Part shown: one piece after another, positions 35,935 through 49,597 of the stretch
How positions within the stretch are numbered: position 1 is the first letter of the stretch
Layout: the number at the start of each line of letters is the position of its first letter
Source of the DNA: Rhizophagus irregularis
Taxonomy: Eukaryota
Length of the DNA stretch: 64,000 bases
Assembly: GCF_026210795.1 (NCBI RefSeq)
Contig: NC_089431.1
Span: forward strand, 3,658,001 to 3,722,000
Direction: 5' to 3'
Made by a program: the position numbers and the translations under genes
Notes under the pieces: model-generated
Database searches by the model: none
Told to the model about the DNA's origin: nothing
Seen by the model: only the letters and a program-made list of their open reading frames with translations

Positions 35935-38087
35935 ATATCAATATATGATACAGTTGGGGAGATTCATAAACTTCGTAGCCACGCTCAATTAAGGCAATGT
36001 ACTATTACTAGACCTATGCTAAAAATGACTTTAGCAAGGCTTTCTTTGTGAATTAAAAGAAATTTCATACACTTTGCCAGCTGGTGAGAAAGCTTATGAA
36101 GCAACCCATATTCTCATTTCCTAATAAAAGATTCACTAATAAAATATTTTAAATTTTAAAATTTTCTATAAATATTAGATATTTAACAAAAGGAGAAAAG
36201 TGCATGGTTTAAATAAATTGAAATACTTCAAAGAATCCCTAAAAAGAAAAAAAGTAAATACTTTCCAAAATTCACTTTTTCGTTCGTAATCACATGATAT
36301 CAATTGAAATCAAGATTTGCATCAGTTCGCACCTCCAACTCGTACAAACGATTCCAGAAAAATTATATCCAAATATAATAAGAGATCCAGAGAGACCTGA
36401 AGAATTAGTTGCATTCAGCTACTCATTTTTATTACTTTGAACATAATTGCCTGGTTAAATTAAAAAACACTAAATAAAAAATTGCAACAATATTACAATT
36501 TTAGATAAAAAATATTTACTTGCTGCTTCTTTTTCATTAGGCATAGTAGTTTCTTACTCCATGAACTGCTCCTTGAACTGTTATCATCCAATAAAATGGA
36601 CTTTGGTTTGGACCAGTCATCTGATGAAATTGGACCTGGGTTGGACTTTGCGATCTTACTCCATGAACTGCTCCTTGAACTGTTATCACCCAATAAAATT
36701 GGGTTGGACCAGTCATCTGATGAAATTGGCCTTGGGTTGGACTTTTCATCCGATGAAGTTGGCCTTAAGTTGAACTTTGCGACCTTACTCCATGAACTGC
36801 TCCTTGAACTATTATCACCTGATAAAATGGGTAAAATGGACCTTGGTTTGGACCATTCATCCGATGAAATTGGCCTTTGGTTGGATTTTGCGACCTTACT
36901 CCATGAACGATTCCATGGGTTGGGCCTTTCATTCAATGAAATTGGTTTTGGGTTGGTCCTCCATTCATCAATGTGACCTAATGAAACGGGCTTTCCATTA
37001 TCCCATGAAAAGGTTTCTTAAAAGTAAATTAACAAAAATAAGCAATTCATTCATAATTTTAAATTAAACAAAAATGTTATTATACCTTTCTTTCATCATC
37101 AATAGTTGTAGAAGTTGGTATCCCTTCTTTAGCTATACGGGGCTTTGATTTATGGTTGACCTTGCTATCAGGATGTAAATTTAAAAAGCTTCTTAATAAA
37201 TCCGTAAATAATTCCTCTGATAGAATTTCCTTATAAGGTAGAATATTATCTGAAAATTCTTTAGAAGTTAAATTATAGAATCGTATAAAAGGAATACATT
37301 GTTGTAAAGTATTTTTTAAAGAATTAAAATCATCTATTGAATAATTAGAGGGATCTGAAGAAAGCTCAGGATTTTGTGCAAGACCCCATTTTAATAAGAA
37401 CATTCTCCCATACTTTAATTTCATTCATTTTAAGATTATCAATTTGAATAAGCGAGATCAAAATTTTTTCTGGAATTGAATATCTTATCTGGGTTTTTGG
37501 ACATTAAATCAGTACAAAACTTTTGAAGCTCCAAGAAAGAATCATTTTCAAAACTTGTTTGATATACCAAACTAAAATTTTGTTCCATCCAGTCTGCTTT
37601 GTAATTAATCAAAAAAGATTGTGTATAGATAACTAGTTCCTGAAGGTTCAATTCACTAGCAGCGACCATGATTTTAATGATATCTAAATTATCATAATTT
37701 TTCAAAGATGGTTCTCCGCCATAAATATACCTAAAAAAAAAAAATTAATAATCATTTATGATTAATAAAAGTATAAATTCAATATATTTATAAACGCATA
37801 AATAATAAATTTGTTAAATTTATTTTATTATTTTTTTACCTTAAAATTATTTGAAAAATTTCAGGTGAAATATTTGGTAATTTAATTTGTACCAAAGTCC
37901 CATTATTTTTTTTTTTATTAGTTGACAAAATTCTTCGCAAATAAGAACGATAATTTAAAATGACTATATGTGAACGAAATATTCTTATGTTATTATCGTT
38001 TCCAACTTCAATAGCAATATCACAATATTATCTAAAATTTCAAAGTAAATTTTGTGATAATTTTTGTGATAAATTATTATTATTCAT
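35935..38087 (-). pseudogene. Chimeric BTB-BACK pseudogene with SSWSK/SSDDWSKP repeat tail
   Basis: Deletions in exon 1 (38087-37840), frameshifts near 37480 and 37395, tail ORF 36493-36936; decayed exons below 36450. Confidence 0.75.
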
Positions 38088-40570
38088 TTTTTTTATTTTT
38101 TTTGAAAAACGTATACCGTATATATATTATATATATATAATGGTTATTCTCAAAGGATGGAACCTTAATATATATGAATTTTAAATAATTTTGATCTTCG
38201 ACAATGACATTTATTTCTTTTAGCTAAGTAATTGTTTTGTTTATCAGGAATCGGAAAAATATTTTCCCGTATTTGTTCAAATTACAGGATTTTTTTTATT
38301 CAGGTTAAAAAAAGAATAGTTGCAATTATATTGCACACGCCACGAATTACCAATATAAAAAAAGTTACAATAATATTTTTTTCATAAGGCAAATATTGTG
38401 CACATTTATAATCTATTTTTTTTTTGAATATTCTTTAAAATAACGTTATAGATACGACAAAGGCAGATTTAGAAATAAAAACCTTTGATCTCACTTATCC
38501 GAAGTAATCTTCAAATTAAATTCGAACTTGGGAAAACATTCGTTCTCAAAAGATCATTTCGAATAATGTGCTCACTTTATTTAAGTTTATAATTGTTTAA
38601 TTATTAATTTTCAGAGATATAATTATGTAGTGTTCCGAAAGGGTTGGGTCAAACCCGGGTCATTTGACCCGACCCGTGTTTAAAATCCGAATCGGGTTTA
38701 TCATTATTTGACACGAGTCTTATATTCAACCCGACCCGTCGGGTCAGGGTCACACCTTTGCTTGACCCGAGTTGACCCGGGTTGACCGGGTTTAATCAAA
38801 TATTTATATTTAAAATATTTATAAACACGATTTTTAATTTCTAACTTTGTGTATAAATGAGTGAGGCTGAGAAATTAACTCTTGGAAAACGAATTTAGTT
38901 AAGAAGTCTATAACCCTTGAGCAGATCGAAATCAAGATGTTCTACTATGATGGAAGGTATATGTTTAATAATAACTAGTATATTTTATTAGATTTTATTG
39001 ATTCGTTATGAAAATATACTAGTTAACTATAGTAAAGTATTCACAGTTTCACACCTAGCAGCAATGGTAAGAGTAATCATTAAATAATATTAAAATTGGT
39101 CAAATTTTTTTTTTACCTGTAATTGAAAGTGTTACAGTTGAAGATATTTTCTGGAGGAACCGGCCAAAAGAAGCAATCTAAAACCAAATACAAATCTCGC
39201 GTGTATATGTTTGAGCGTAGGAGGATTTAATAAAAATTATATATTTTAAGCATCTGAAAATTTTATTTGGATCCGGGTTATCCAAGGATTAAACTATATC
39301 AGGTCGAGTCAGGGTCGGGTCATGTAAATATTAACTCGGGTATTTGTACGGGTTGGTTTTTATACTCGGGTCGAGTTCGAATACATCCTCAAACCCAACC
39401 CGACTCGACCCTTTCGGAACACTATAATTATTTCATATAGCAGATGGACTAATTAAACAAATATATGCACAGTATAATACCATATAAATTTATTGATGTC
39501 TACGAATATTAACTTATTTCCCATACCCTTATACAGTAAAAATAATTGTTTATTTCTTATAATATCTTTTTTTCTAAATAAAAAAAAAAAATTACATTTT
39601 AATGACAGTAAAATCAGTACTTGTCAATAATAAGATTCTTTTCTCTAGCGCTCTTTGGCATTATATTAATTTAATTTTTTAATACTGAAAGTACAAATTA
39701 TTGAATTTAGAAATGGGTCACATTTCAAAACAAGCTTGTCATTTAAATAATCACTTGAAATTTTACTACGATATGATCATTATGTAACAATCTGATCACT
39801 CGAAGTCAAATCAGCACACAAGAAACTAAGTTTAAGATTGTTTGGGGTAAATAAGAATTGGAAAATTTAGAATAAAAAAAACGCTTGAAAACTTTTCATT
39901 AATTACGTCATTTTTTCACCAAATCTGCATATGAAGATACTTTCTTTTTTTTGTTTTTTTTCTTTTTCGTATTGCTATTCTCAATAATCGTGCTACTCTG
40001 AGCATCCTTGTCGTAAAAAATAAATTAAATTCATGAATTTCAAATTAAATATAAAATATTTTATAAATATTTTTATAGTTACCTTTTCTGTACTCTGTCC
40101 AGAAACTGTTTCCACATTATCCCAAGATGTAACCGGCGTTACTGGATTTTCATCCCACATTCCTGTAGCTGTTGTTACTGACGTTTAATCCCATCCACCT
40201 GCAGACTGCGGTGCTACTGGCTCTTCATCCCATCCACCTGCAGACTGAGGCGCTACTGGCTCTTCATTCCATCCACCTGCAGACTGCGGCGCTACTGGCG
40301 CATCCCATCCACCTGTATATTGGGGCGCTACTGGCTCTTCATTCCATCCACCTGCAGACTGAGGCGCTACTGGCTCTTCATTCCATCCACCTGCAGACTG
40401 CGGCGCTACTGACGTTTCATCCCATCCACCTGCAGACTGAGGCGCTACTGGCTCTTCATTCCATCCACCTGCAGACTGCGGCACTACTGGCGCATCATCC
40501 CATCCATCTGTATACTGGGGCGCTACTGGATCTTCATTCCATCCACCTGCAGACTGCGGCACTACTGGCG
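38010..40570. repeat. Segmental duplicate of ~31860-33400 plus an inserted hAT element
   Basis: Near-identical intergenic and tail sequence, e.g. gtataccgtatatatattatatatatataatggttattctcaaa and aataatcgtgctactctgagcatccttgtcg in both copies. Confidence 0.9.
38628..39424. mobile_element. Non-autonomous hAT-like element (797 bp)
   Basis: TIRs tagtgttccgaaagggt and accctttcggaacacta; 8-bp TSD taattatg/taattatt; subterminal acccg/cgggt repeats; empty site at 32460-32467. Confidence 0.9.
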
Positions 40571-42124
40571 TTTCACCCCATCCACCTGCAGAACCCTCCA
40601 ATGTGTAGTCCCATGCAGCCTTCGTAGGTTTCTCCCATGTATTCTTTAAATGCTCTTCAGTATTCCATGTATCTCTTACAAGTACTACTCTATCCCATGA
40701 ACTATAATTTATAGGCTTCTTTTAAAATAAAGCAATAAAAATAAATTTTGATCATAAATTTCACAATAACATATATATATATAAATATATTCGTGATAAA
40801 ATTAAATCAATACCTTTCTTTCATTTATGATTTTAATCTGGGAAAAAATCTTTATACGTTATTAAAAAAAAAAAAATATCAAAATCAAAATTAATTAAAA
40901 TTATTAATTGAACGTAAATTAATTTCTTAGTGAATTGAAAATTTTACCTTCTTTAACCTCTAAATATAATTTCATAAAATATTAATAAGCGATTCTTTAA
41001 TCAAACTTAAAAAACATAAAATAAACTTCTTGATAAAATCATAAAAGTCATTAAAAATACCTGTCTATTCCTTCTAACACGACGTTTATTGGATCTGTTA
41101 AAAGGTACATGATTAAATATTTCTATCGATTTATTTATATTATGTTGAGAAGGATTAATTTCTTGAGATTTTGATATATTATTTAACTTGCTATCAGGGT
41201 GTAAATTTAAAAAGCTTTTTAATAAATCCATATATAATTCCTCTGGTATAATTTTCCTATAAGGTAATATATTATCCGAAAATTCTTTAGAAGTTAAATC
41301 ATAAAATCTAATAAAAGGAATACATTGTTCTAAAGTATTCCTTAAATTATTAAAATCATCTTTTGAATAACTAGAAGGATCTGAAGAAAGTTCCGGATTT
41401 TGTGCAAGACCCCATTTAAGAACATTTTCCCATATTTGAACTACATTCATTTGAAGATTATCATTTTGAATAATCGAAATAAAAATTTTTTCTGGAATTG
41501 AAGGGAAATCTAATGATTCGAATATTTTATTCGGATTTTTTGACATTAAATTATTGCAATAATTTTGAAGTTCTAAGAAAGAATCATTTTCAAAAATTGT
41601 TTGATATATCAAATAAAAATTTTGTTCTAACCAATTTGCTCTATTATGAATCAAAAATAATTGTATATAAATAACTAATTCCTTAATACTTAATTCATTA
41701 GCAGCAATCAATATTTTAATTAGATATAAAATATCATAATTTTTCAAAGATATCTTCCCTCCATAAATATATCTAAATAAATAAATAAATAAAAATCATT
41801 CACGATTAAAAAAAAAATTATATAACTATAAAATGCATAAATAACATTGTTTTTTTAATACCTTAAAATTACTTGAAAAATTTCCGGTAAAATATTTGGT
41901 AATTCAATTCGTACCAAAGTTCCATCATAATTCTTCATTTTATTTTCAAATAAAATTTCTCGTAAATAAGGAGAACGATAATTTAAAATGGCCATATGAG
42001 CACGAAATATTTTTACGTAAGGTTCAACATCACCAACTTTAATAATAATATCATAATATTCGCCATCATCTAAAACTTCAAGTAAATTTTGTGATAATTT
42101 TCGTAATAATTTATTACCATCCAT
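39900..42124 (-). CDS. BTB/POZ-BACK protein with an 11-GW repeat tail ending at a derived TAA
   Basis: ORFs 41855-42124, 41007-41747 and tail 40185-40601. GGWD*TSV here versus GGWDETSV in the 33 kb paralogue. Confidence 0.75.
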
Positions 42125-42654
42125 TTTTTTTAAATGTAAAAAAAGAAAAATGTCGTGAATGGGAACTTTATATATAAATTTAATGTTACCTAAAATTTGA
42201 TCTTCACCAATTATATACTCTGCTTAACAGTTAATAAATGGTCGGAAAATATTTTTTTTCCTTTTTTTTGTAATACAAATTACGCAATCATTAAATAACA
42301 GTTAAGTCGTACAATACTGAGTCATTTGATTGATACAATGTACGTGTGACGTTGAATTCGTATAACGATAACATAGATTGTTTCAAATATACGAACGAAT
42401 ACAGAAGTATCTAGTGTTGCAAGTCTATTTTAAAAGAACTTTCTTAAATTGTATCGTCTTTTGGCCAATCTGCATAGGAAAGACTTCAATTCAGTCTGGT
42501 GAAGAACCTATTGAAATTTTTGGATTTAATCCATTTTATAAAATGCGACATACAGTACGTGAATACGTAGTGAGTTATCGTAAATTTTTCAACTATTCAT
42601 TTTAAATTTATACATGCGATGAAGCCCGACAATCTTTCTCATAACATTATTTAA

Positions 42655-42835
42655 TATTCCCTAAGATTATTTGAAAAATTAGATAAAATATTTGATAATT
42701 TAATATAAACTAATATTTCACATCGATTTTCTTTTTATTTGTTGACAAAATTCTTCATAAGTAAAAAGTTTAATAATTTAAGATAATCATATGCCTTTAA
42801 AAAAATTTTTACGATAGATCGTTTCCAACTTCAAT
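42655..42835 (-). pseudogene. BTB exon 1 fragment
   Basis: IEVGND...HMIILNY...RILSTNKKK...IKLSNIL.NFQIILR-like remnants with indels. Confidence 0.65.
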
Positions 42836-43961
42836 ATATATTTGAACATTGAAAAAATGCCGCCTAGACAAAGAAGCCCATACTCTGGAAGAAATTCAAG
42901 AGTTTTAGCCGAACACTACCACAAAAAAAAAACTATAAGAAAAAAATAATTATGTAATTATGAAACTTCAGACATTTATTGATTAAAATATAATAAATTG
43001 ATGATAAAATATTAAAAATAAAATCCGAGTATATAACAGTGATAATGATTATATTTTATTCTAAGGACTTGATTTATTAGATGCAAAATTCGACTATGAA
43101 AAAAAAAGCATCAAATTATGTTGAATTGAAAAAATTAACGTCGCATATCTCAATTGTCGCATGAATTTTTTTTTTAAAAAAAAATATTTTTATAATAGAT
43201 TTGAGTTAAATATTGATTTTTATGTATGTAAATACAATTAACTTAACTGTTTAAAAAAGAGGCAAATACAGAGGATTCCATATTGAATTGATAATAGCAA
43301 AACAACTTGTAAATGATTTTAAATATGTAGTAATATTGTCAATAAATTAATAAATATTTACTTAAGTAATATAGGTTATGAATTTTATTAATAATTTAAA
43401 AATAACTAAAAAATAAAACTAAGAATTTTTATTTTCGTTTTTATTTGTACAAATATATTTAATTAATGATAATACTTATAATTCAATATTTACAATATTT
43501 AAATTAAATTATGATAAATTCTTCCTAATACTCACTATTTATATGAATAAAGTGTAAAATAAAAGCGTAACATCATTCTTAAAATATAATCAGTCATATT
43601 ATTTCACGTCATTACATACAGTATTATAGATTTCATTGCATGTTATGGAATTCTTTCTGAGAAAATTATAATTCTCCATTAGAAGCTTCAAAAAAAACAC
43701 AAATAAAAATGTAGTCGGCTACGCCACGTCATATGCATATTATTATGTAATACTTTAGAATTCTTTGCATGTTATAGAATTCTTTCTGAGAAATTATAAT
43801 TCTTTATTTGAAACTTCTAGAAATTGTGTAAAAGTCGAAAATAAAATTCCATTAAATTTAGAAACGTATATAATAGACAACAATTTTCTTTACTCTCAAA
43901 TTTCTCAAATTAAAAAATTAAATTCTTTTTTTTTAAAAAAAAAAATAAAAAATAAAAAATC

Positions 43962-45728
43962 ATGGAACAACCAATCAACTATTTATTATCAAACAATACA
44001 ATTTTAATTCAACCAGAAAAAATCAGTGTAATCAAAATACAAAAAAAGGAAATGTACCGAATGTAATAAAAGAAGGAAGACTTTAAATGAAAGTCATCAG
44101 ATATGTCATGTTTGTTACAAAATTAAGATGGTATAAAAGTACGACCCAAGCGGAAACAATACTATTGATGACTTTATTAGGAATGCACAAATTAATCTTG
44201 TTAAAAAACATGGGAAAATGGAGTTTGTTCCTTATGATCAATTCACGAATGTAGAATTTATTGCCGAAGGAGGTTTTAGTAAAATATATAAGGCTATTTA
44301 AATTATTTAATTATAGTAGCAAAAAGGGAATTTGTGAACGAAATTATACAATTGTTCTCAAAAAGCTCAATAATTCTAATAACATCACATCTAAGGAGCT
44401 GAATATTATGATAAATCTTAAGCTAATATAAAAAAATCCTTTTTATCAATTTTTTTACATTATACTAAGATATTTAACGATTATTCTTCAAAACTTAAAA
44501 ACAATAATGGATATGAAAATATTAACAGGTATTTTGGGATTACTCAAGATCCTAATTCTCAAGACGTAATGATTATCATGCCATATTATGATTCAGGTGA
44601 TTTGATACATTACATCACTAAAAATTTTCATAGTATTAGATGGGCAACAAAGCTATGGGAATTAAGAAAAATAGTAGACGGACTCATTCAAATACATAAA
44701 GTAAATATTGCCCACAGAGATTTTCATAGTGGAAATATCCTTCTTAATAGAATTAGTTTAAAATTTATTCGTAGTATAAAAATAAGTGTTCTTGGTAGAA
44801 GTAATTCTGCAACTGAATCTGGAGATAATAATGAGAATTATGGTATTATTCCTTATATGGCTCCAGAGATTTTTCAAAGACAAAAATATGATAAAGCTTC
44901 AGATATATATAGTCTTGGAATGGTTATGTGGGAATTAATGACAGGTAGAAGACCTTTTTGGGACCGAAGTCATGATACAGATCTTATTATTGATATTTGC
45001 GATGGTTTACGACCACCAATTGTCACAAATGCACCTGAAGGATATATTGAATTAATGGAAGAATACTGGCACTCTAATCCAGAAAAAAGGCCATCTGCTA
45101 CTGATATACATGATAAACTTAATAAAAAAAATAGAGAAAGATGAAAAAAATAAGAAATAAAAAACTGACTGAAATTATAAAATCATCAGATATTGGGCCT
45201 GTAACAATAAATAATCCGAATGCCATTTATAGGAGCAGACCTCAAAGCGCCATGATTAATTCTGCAATATCTTTGAGGAATTCAAGAAGCCAATCTATTA
45301 ATTTAGAAAGAGTCAAAAGGAGATTTAAGGATGATTTAATTGAAAATAATAATTATTATGGTATGATATTCGTTATTTGCAAATATTGATAACCATTAGC
45401 AAATCATTATTTTTTTGATTAAAAATATATTTAGGTCAAAGTATTAAAAGAAATAAGTTATATGAAAATAAAGGTAATTACTTTTTTTAACAATATATAA
45501 ATTTCATATTTTAATTTAATAAAATTTTGTGTATACTTTTTAGATTATCTTACAAGAGAACTCGAATTTTGATATTGAGATGAATTTAAATAGTAGTAGT
45601 AAGTAAACATACAGTATTGATATGTACTTTTTAGTGGTAACTTTTATTTATATATTATAAACCTAATTTTGTTTAATTTATATATAGAATATATTACCGA
45701 GGAAATTGATTTCGATATTGATGTCTAA
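43962..45728 (+). pseudogene. TKL kinase pseudogene, paralogue of 49598-51618
   Basis: MEQPINY start, CTEC...CHVC, EFIAEGGFSKIYKA, HRDFHSGN, DLG changed to VLG, YMAPE; several frameshifts; YITEEIDFDIDV-type last micro-exon. Confidence 0.85.
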
Positions 45729-46514
45729 ATTATCGAAATTATATTTTTTATGTATTGAAATAAATATATAAACACTTATTGACGTTTTTGTATTGACTTC
45801 TAAAGTTTCTTTAAAATATGATAAGGTAGGGAATTTACTATTTTATAAAAAGGAAAGGGACTATATGTAAACATGTAGTCATGTAACACCCATCAGAGAT
45901 GGATGATGTGGATGATGTTATAACAATCGATAAGTCGATAACCAAAAAATAAGATATTTATCGAACGCATGCCAAAACCATTTTCAAATTAAAGATAAAT
46001 ATATAAATGAACAATCTTGGTTTATTTTTAATTACATGCATGAAAATAGACTTGTAAGAAAATTAAAATAATAGTTACTAATAAAAAAAACATTATTATG
46101 ATTATTATGGTTATAATAAATCATGATTCAGTGATTAAATCACGCATTAATAGTGGTAAGAGGAGTTCTTAAATAACATAATATAATACGCTTGTATATA
46201 AAATGGTTTAATACTTCAATTATTTTTCAATACTATATAATAAGTTACTAAAAAAAAAGAAAAAATTTTTTAAACATTATAATTTAAAGAGCGTTGAGCT
46301 CAATTTATTTGGTGACGTATTCTAGTATGTTGATAATCTTTTTTAAACAAAAAGTTGGATAAAATACGATATGATGCTAACTTATGAACACCATTATTAA
46401 GATATTGATTAAAACTCATATTAACATCTAATAATTTAATTTCTTTTTAAAGTAGCTTATAAAAATATAAAATTATGATATGTTTCTTTTTAAACATAAA
46501 TAAAAATACATAGT

Positions 46515-48271
46515 TTACATTTTTGAAATAAGATTTTCAATAACACGCTCCAAATCTCCATTAAATTCTTTCAAAGCTTTAAGATTTTCCTCTTCATTAT
46601 TGAATCCCATGTCTTTCAAACGAATTAATGTTTCTTGATACTCTTCTGAAAATTCTTGATCTAATTTAACAGGTAATGATCTTTGAATGTTTTGGGTTCC
46701 CTTCCATGGGGTCAATTCCTGAGAATTTTCATAAAATAAAAATTTCAAATAAAAATAATGTACAAATTTAGCATAAAATGTCTTTCTTGATAAATTATTG
46801 ATACCTGGTAAGTCGATGCAGAAGAAAGATCCCCATTCTTATTTGATGAAATGGAAGATAATCGTGGTAGTTTATGCAAATCGTTAAAATATGATGGTGT
46901 AATAGGACGTGGAGGAGTCATGCGAGGATTTGATTTGTGATATAAATACGACGGGTTAAAAAAAGGAGGTGGAGGTGGTGGTGGAGGTATTTCTTTAGTC
47001 ATGCGAGAATCTGATTTGTGACTTGGCTTGCTATTAGTATTTAAACTATTTAAACTTAAAAAGGTCTCAAATGGGTTGGAAGATAATCGTGGTGGTTCGT
47101 TAAAATATGAAACTGACGGTTTAAGAGGAGATGGAGGAGTTATTTCTTTAGTCATGCGAGGATTTGATTTGTGAATTGGATTGCTATTAAAAAGGGTCGA
47201 TGCAGAAAAATCAATTAAATCTCCCTTGTAATTTGATGAACTGGAAGATAATTGTGGTTGTTTATCCAAATCGTCGAAAGTATTTTTAGAATATGAATAT
47301 GACGATCTAGGAGGAGGTGGAGGAGTTATTTCTTTAGTCATACGAGGATTTGATTTGTGACCTGGCTTGCTATTAGGATTTAAACTTAAAAAGGTTTTTA
47401 ATAAATCCATATATAATTCCTCTGGTAGAACTTCCTTATAAGGTAGAATATGATCCGAAAATTCTTGAGAAGTTAAATTGTAGAACCTAATAAAAGGAAT
47501 ACATGATTGTAAAGTATTCTTTAAAGAATTAAAATCATCTTTTGAATAATTAGAGGGATTTGAAGAAAGACCAGGATTTTGCACAAGACCCCATTTAAGA
47601 ACATTCTCCCATACTTGAATTTCACTCATTTGAAGATTATCGCTTTGAATAAGTGAGATCAAAATTTTTTCTGGAACTGAAGAGAAATCTAATGATTTAA
47701 GTATCTTATCTGGATATTTAGACATTAAATCAGTACAATACTTTTGAAGTTCCAAAAAAGAATTATTTTCAAAACTTGTTTGATATATTAAATTAAAATT
47801 TTGTTCCATCCAGTTAGCTTTATTTTGAATTAAAAAGGATTGTATATGGGTAATTAATTCTTGAAGGTTTAGTTCATTGGCAGCAACTAGGATTTTAATA
47901 ATATCCAAATTATCATAATCTATCAAAGGTAGTTTCCCTCCATAAATATACCTAAATAAAAAAGATAAAAAAATTAAAATAATAAAATTTATTTAATAAA
48001 TTTCAATTTTTTTTTACCTTAAAATTAATTGAAAAATTTCCGGTGAAATATTTGGTAATTTAATGTGTATCAAAGTTCCATCATTTTCCTTTTTATTAGT
48101 TGATAAAATTCTTCTCAAATAAGAAGAACGATAATTTAAAATAACTATATGTGAACGAAATATTTTTACGTAAGGATCATTACCAACTTCAATAGTAATA
48201 TCGTAATATTCGTCATCATCCAAAATTTCAAGTAAATTTTGCGATAATTTTTGTAATAATATAAAATCCAT
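46515..48271 (-). CDS. BTB/POZ-BACK + Pro/Ser-rich repeats + C-terminal UBA domain
   Basis: Three exons; HKSNPRMTKEITPPP-type motif repeated 4 times; last exon LIRLKDMGFNNEEENLKALKEFNGDLERVIENL has the UBA MGF loop. Confidence 0.85.
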
Positions 48272-49597
48272 TTTCTAAAATTAACAATTGTAATGAAGAA
48301 GAAAAAAAAAATTGAAAAATTGAGACAATGGAATTTTATATGTAATATTATGATGTAATGATGTACACAAATTTAACTGACATTGGAAAAGATTTTCCGT
48401 AAATTTTTATTGGGATCATCTTACCACATCAGCACTCGGCTATATGTTTATCATGTAATGCAAGTGATATTTGCAGGGCGTGACAAATAGAGAATAGAGA
48501 TCAAAAAAAAAACGTCGTGAGATAAATATGAACGCGGCAGTCACAGTTAGACATCACACCTTCCAGAGGGTAGTGTTATAATTTCTTTTTTTAATAGTAC
48601 AAATTACGAGGTTTCAAAATAACATGATTTCGTTTAAATTTTTTTAAAAAAAATGAATACGACTTTTCTTACTACAAATTTTACATTAACTGTTAAGGTG
48701 GATTTTTTAATATTTTTTCAACTTCAAATATATAGAGATCGCATCAAAATTATAATGTTTGATATAACAATTTTTATAACTGGAGTTTGTGTTACATCGA
48801 TTTCTGAAAGTGTACAAAATTTGAACATTCCTTTAAAATAAAACAAATGTAATGAATGTGTTTATAACGAAATGCATATAGAGGTTTATGATGTCGAACG
48901 ATTCAAATTTTTCGAACGGATTTTGAATTTAACTGATTTTATTGTCACAGTATCTTATTAAAGCAGAAAATTTGGTTCGTCATCATTTAAAATATTTTAA
49001 AAACATTTATTGATATCAGATGTTCAAGCTAAATTTAACAAAATTAAATTAGATAAATAACAAAATTTTGTTCAATCCAAAAAGTAGTCAAAAATAATGT
49101 GCTTATAAATACGAGATTAAATAACGCAATCGAAGTATTGAACCTTTTAAATTATGTTGTATTTGATTTATAAAGATTTTTCAAATGACACCTGATTTTA
49201 ATTTTAAAAAAGATAAAAACCTGAATAAAACATCTTATCATATTTGATAAATTCATTATTATTCCTTGTTTATATATGATATTTAATTGTTGAAATTATT
49301 ATTACGCGATGTTATTATTGCATTTCAAACAACGGTCTGCAAAGTTTAAAATTTAAAATTAATTTATATTATTATTTGGTTTATACGTCATATTTTGTGT
49401 ATTCCAAAAGAAATTTTGGCATCACTTGAATTATTATATAAACTTTTATAATTGAAAACGTTAATATATTTTATTATTGATATTATTGATATTATATAAA
49501 CAATATTAAAATATTTTTCCGCCATTGTAATAAAAAAAAAAAAGAAATAATTAAAATTCCCATAAATTTATCTTTTAATAATTTTAATAATAAATTC

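Noticed and set aside
35935..36450. Possible TLDc-domain remnant (FGYN..., GYEVY)
   Set aside because: Too decayed, with multiple stops; cannot be supported without an HMM search.
36537..37067. Several overlapping ORFs on both strands
   Set aside because: Shadows of the repeat tail of the 38087 BTB pseudogene.
40172..40627. Regular 39-bp repeats resembling a CRISPR array, and the + strand ORF LHSIHLQT
   Set aside because: No unique spacers, no cas genes and a eukaryotic context. It is a coding minisatellite, and the + ORF is its antisense shadow.
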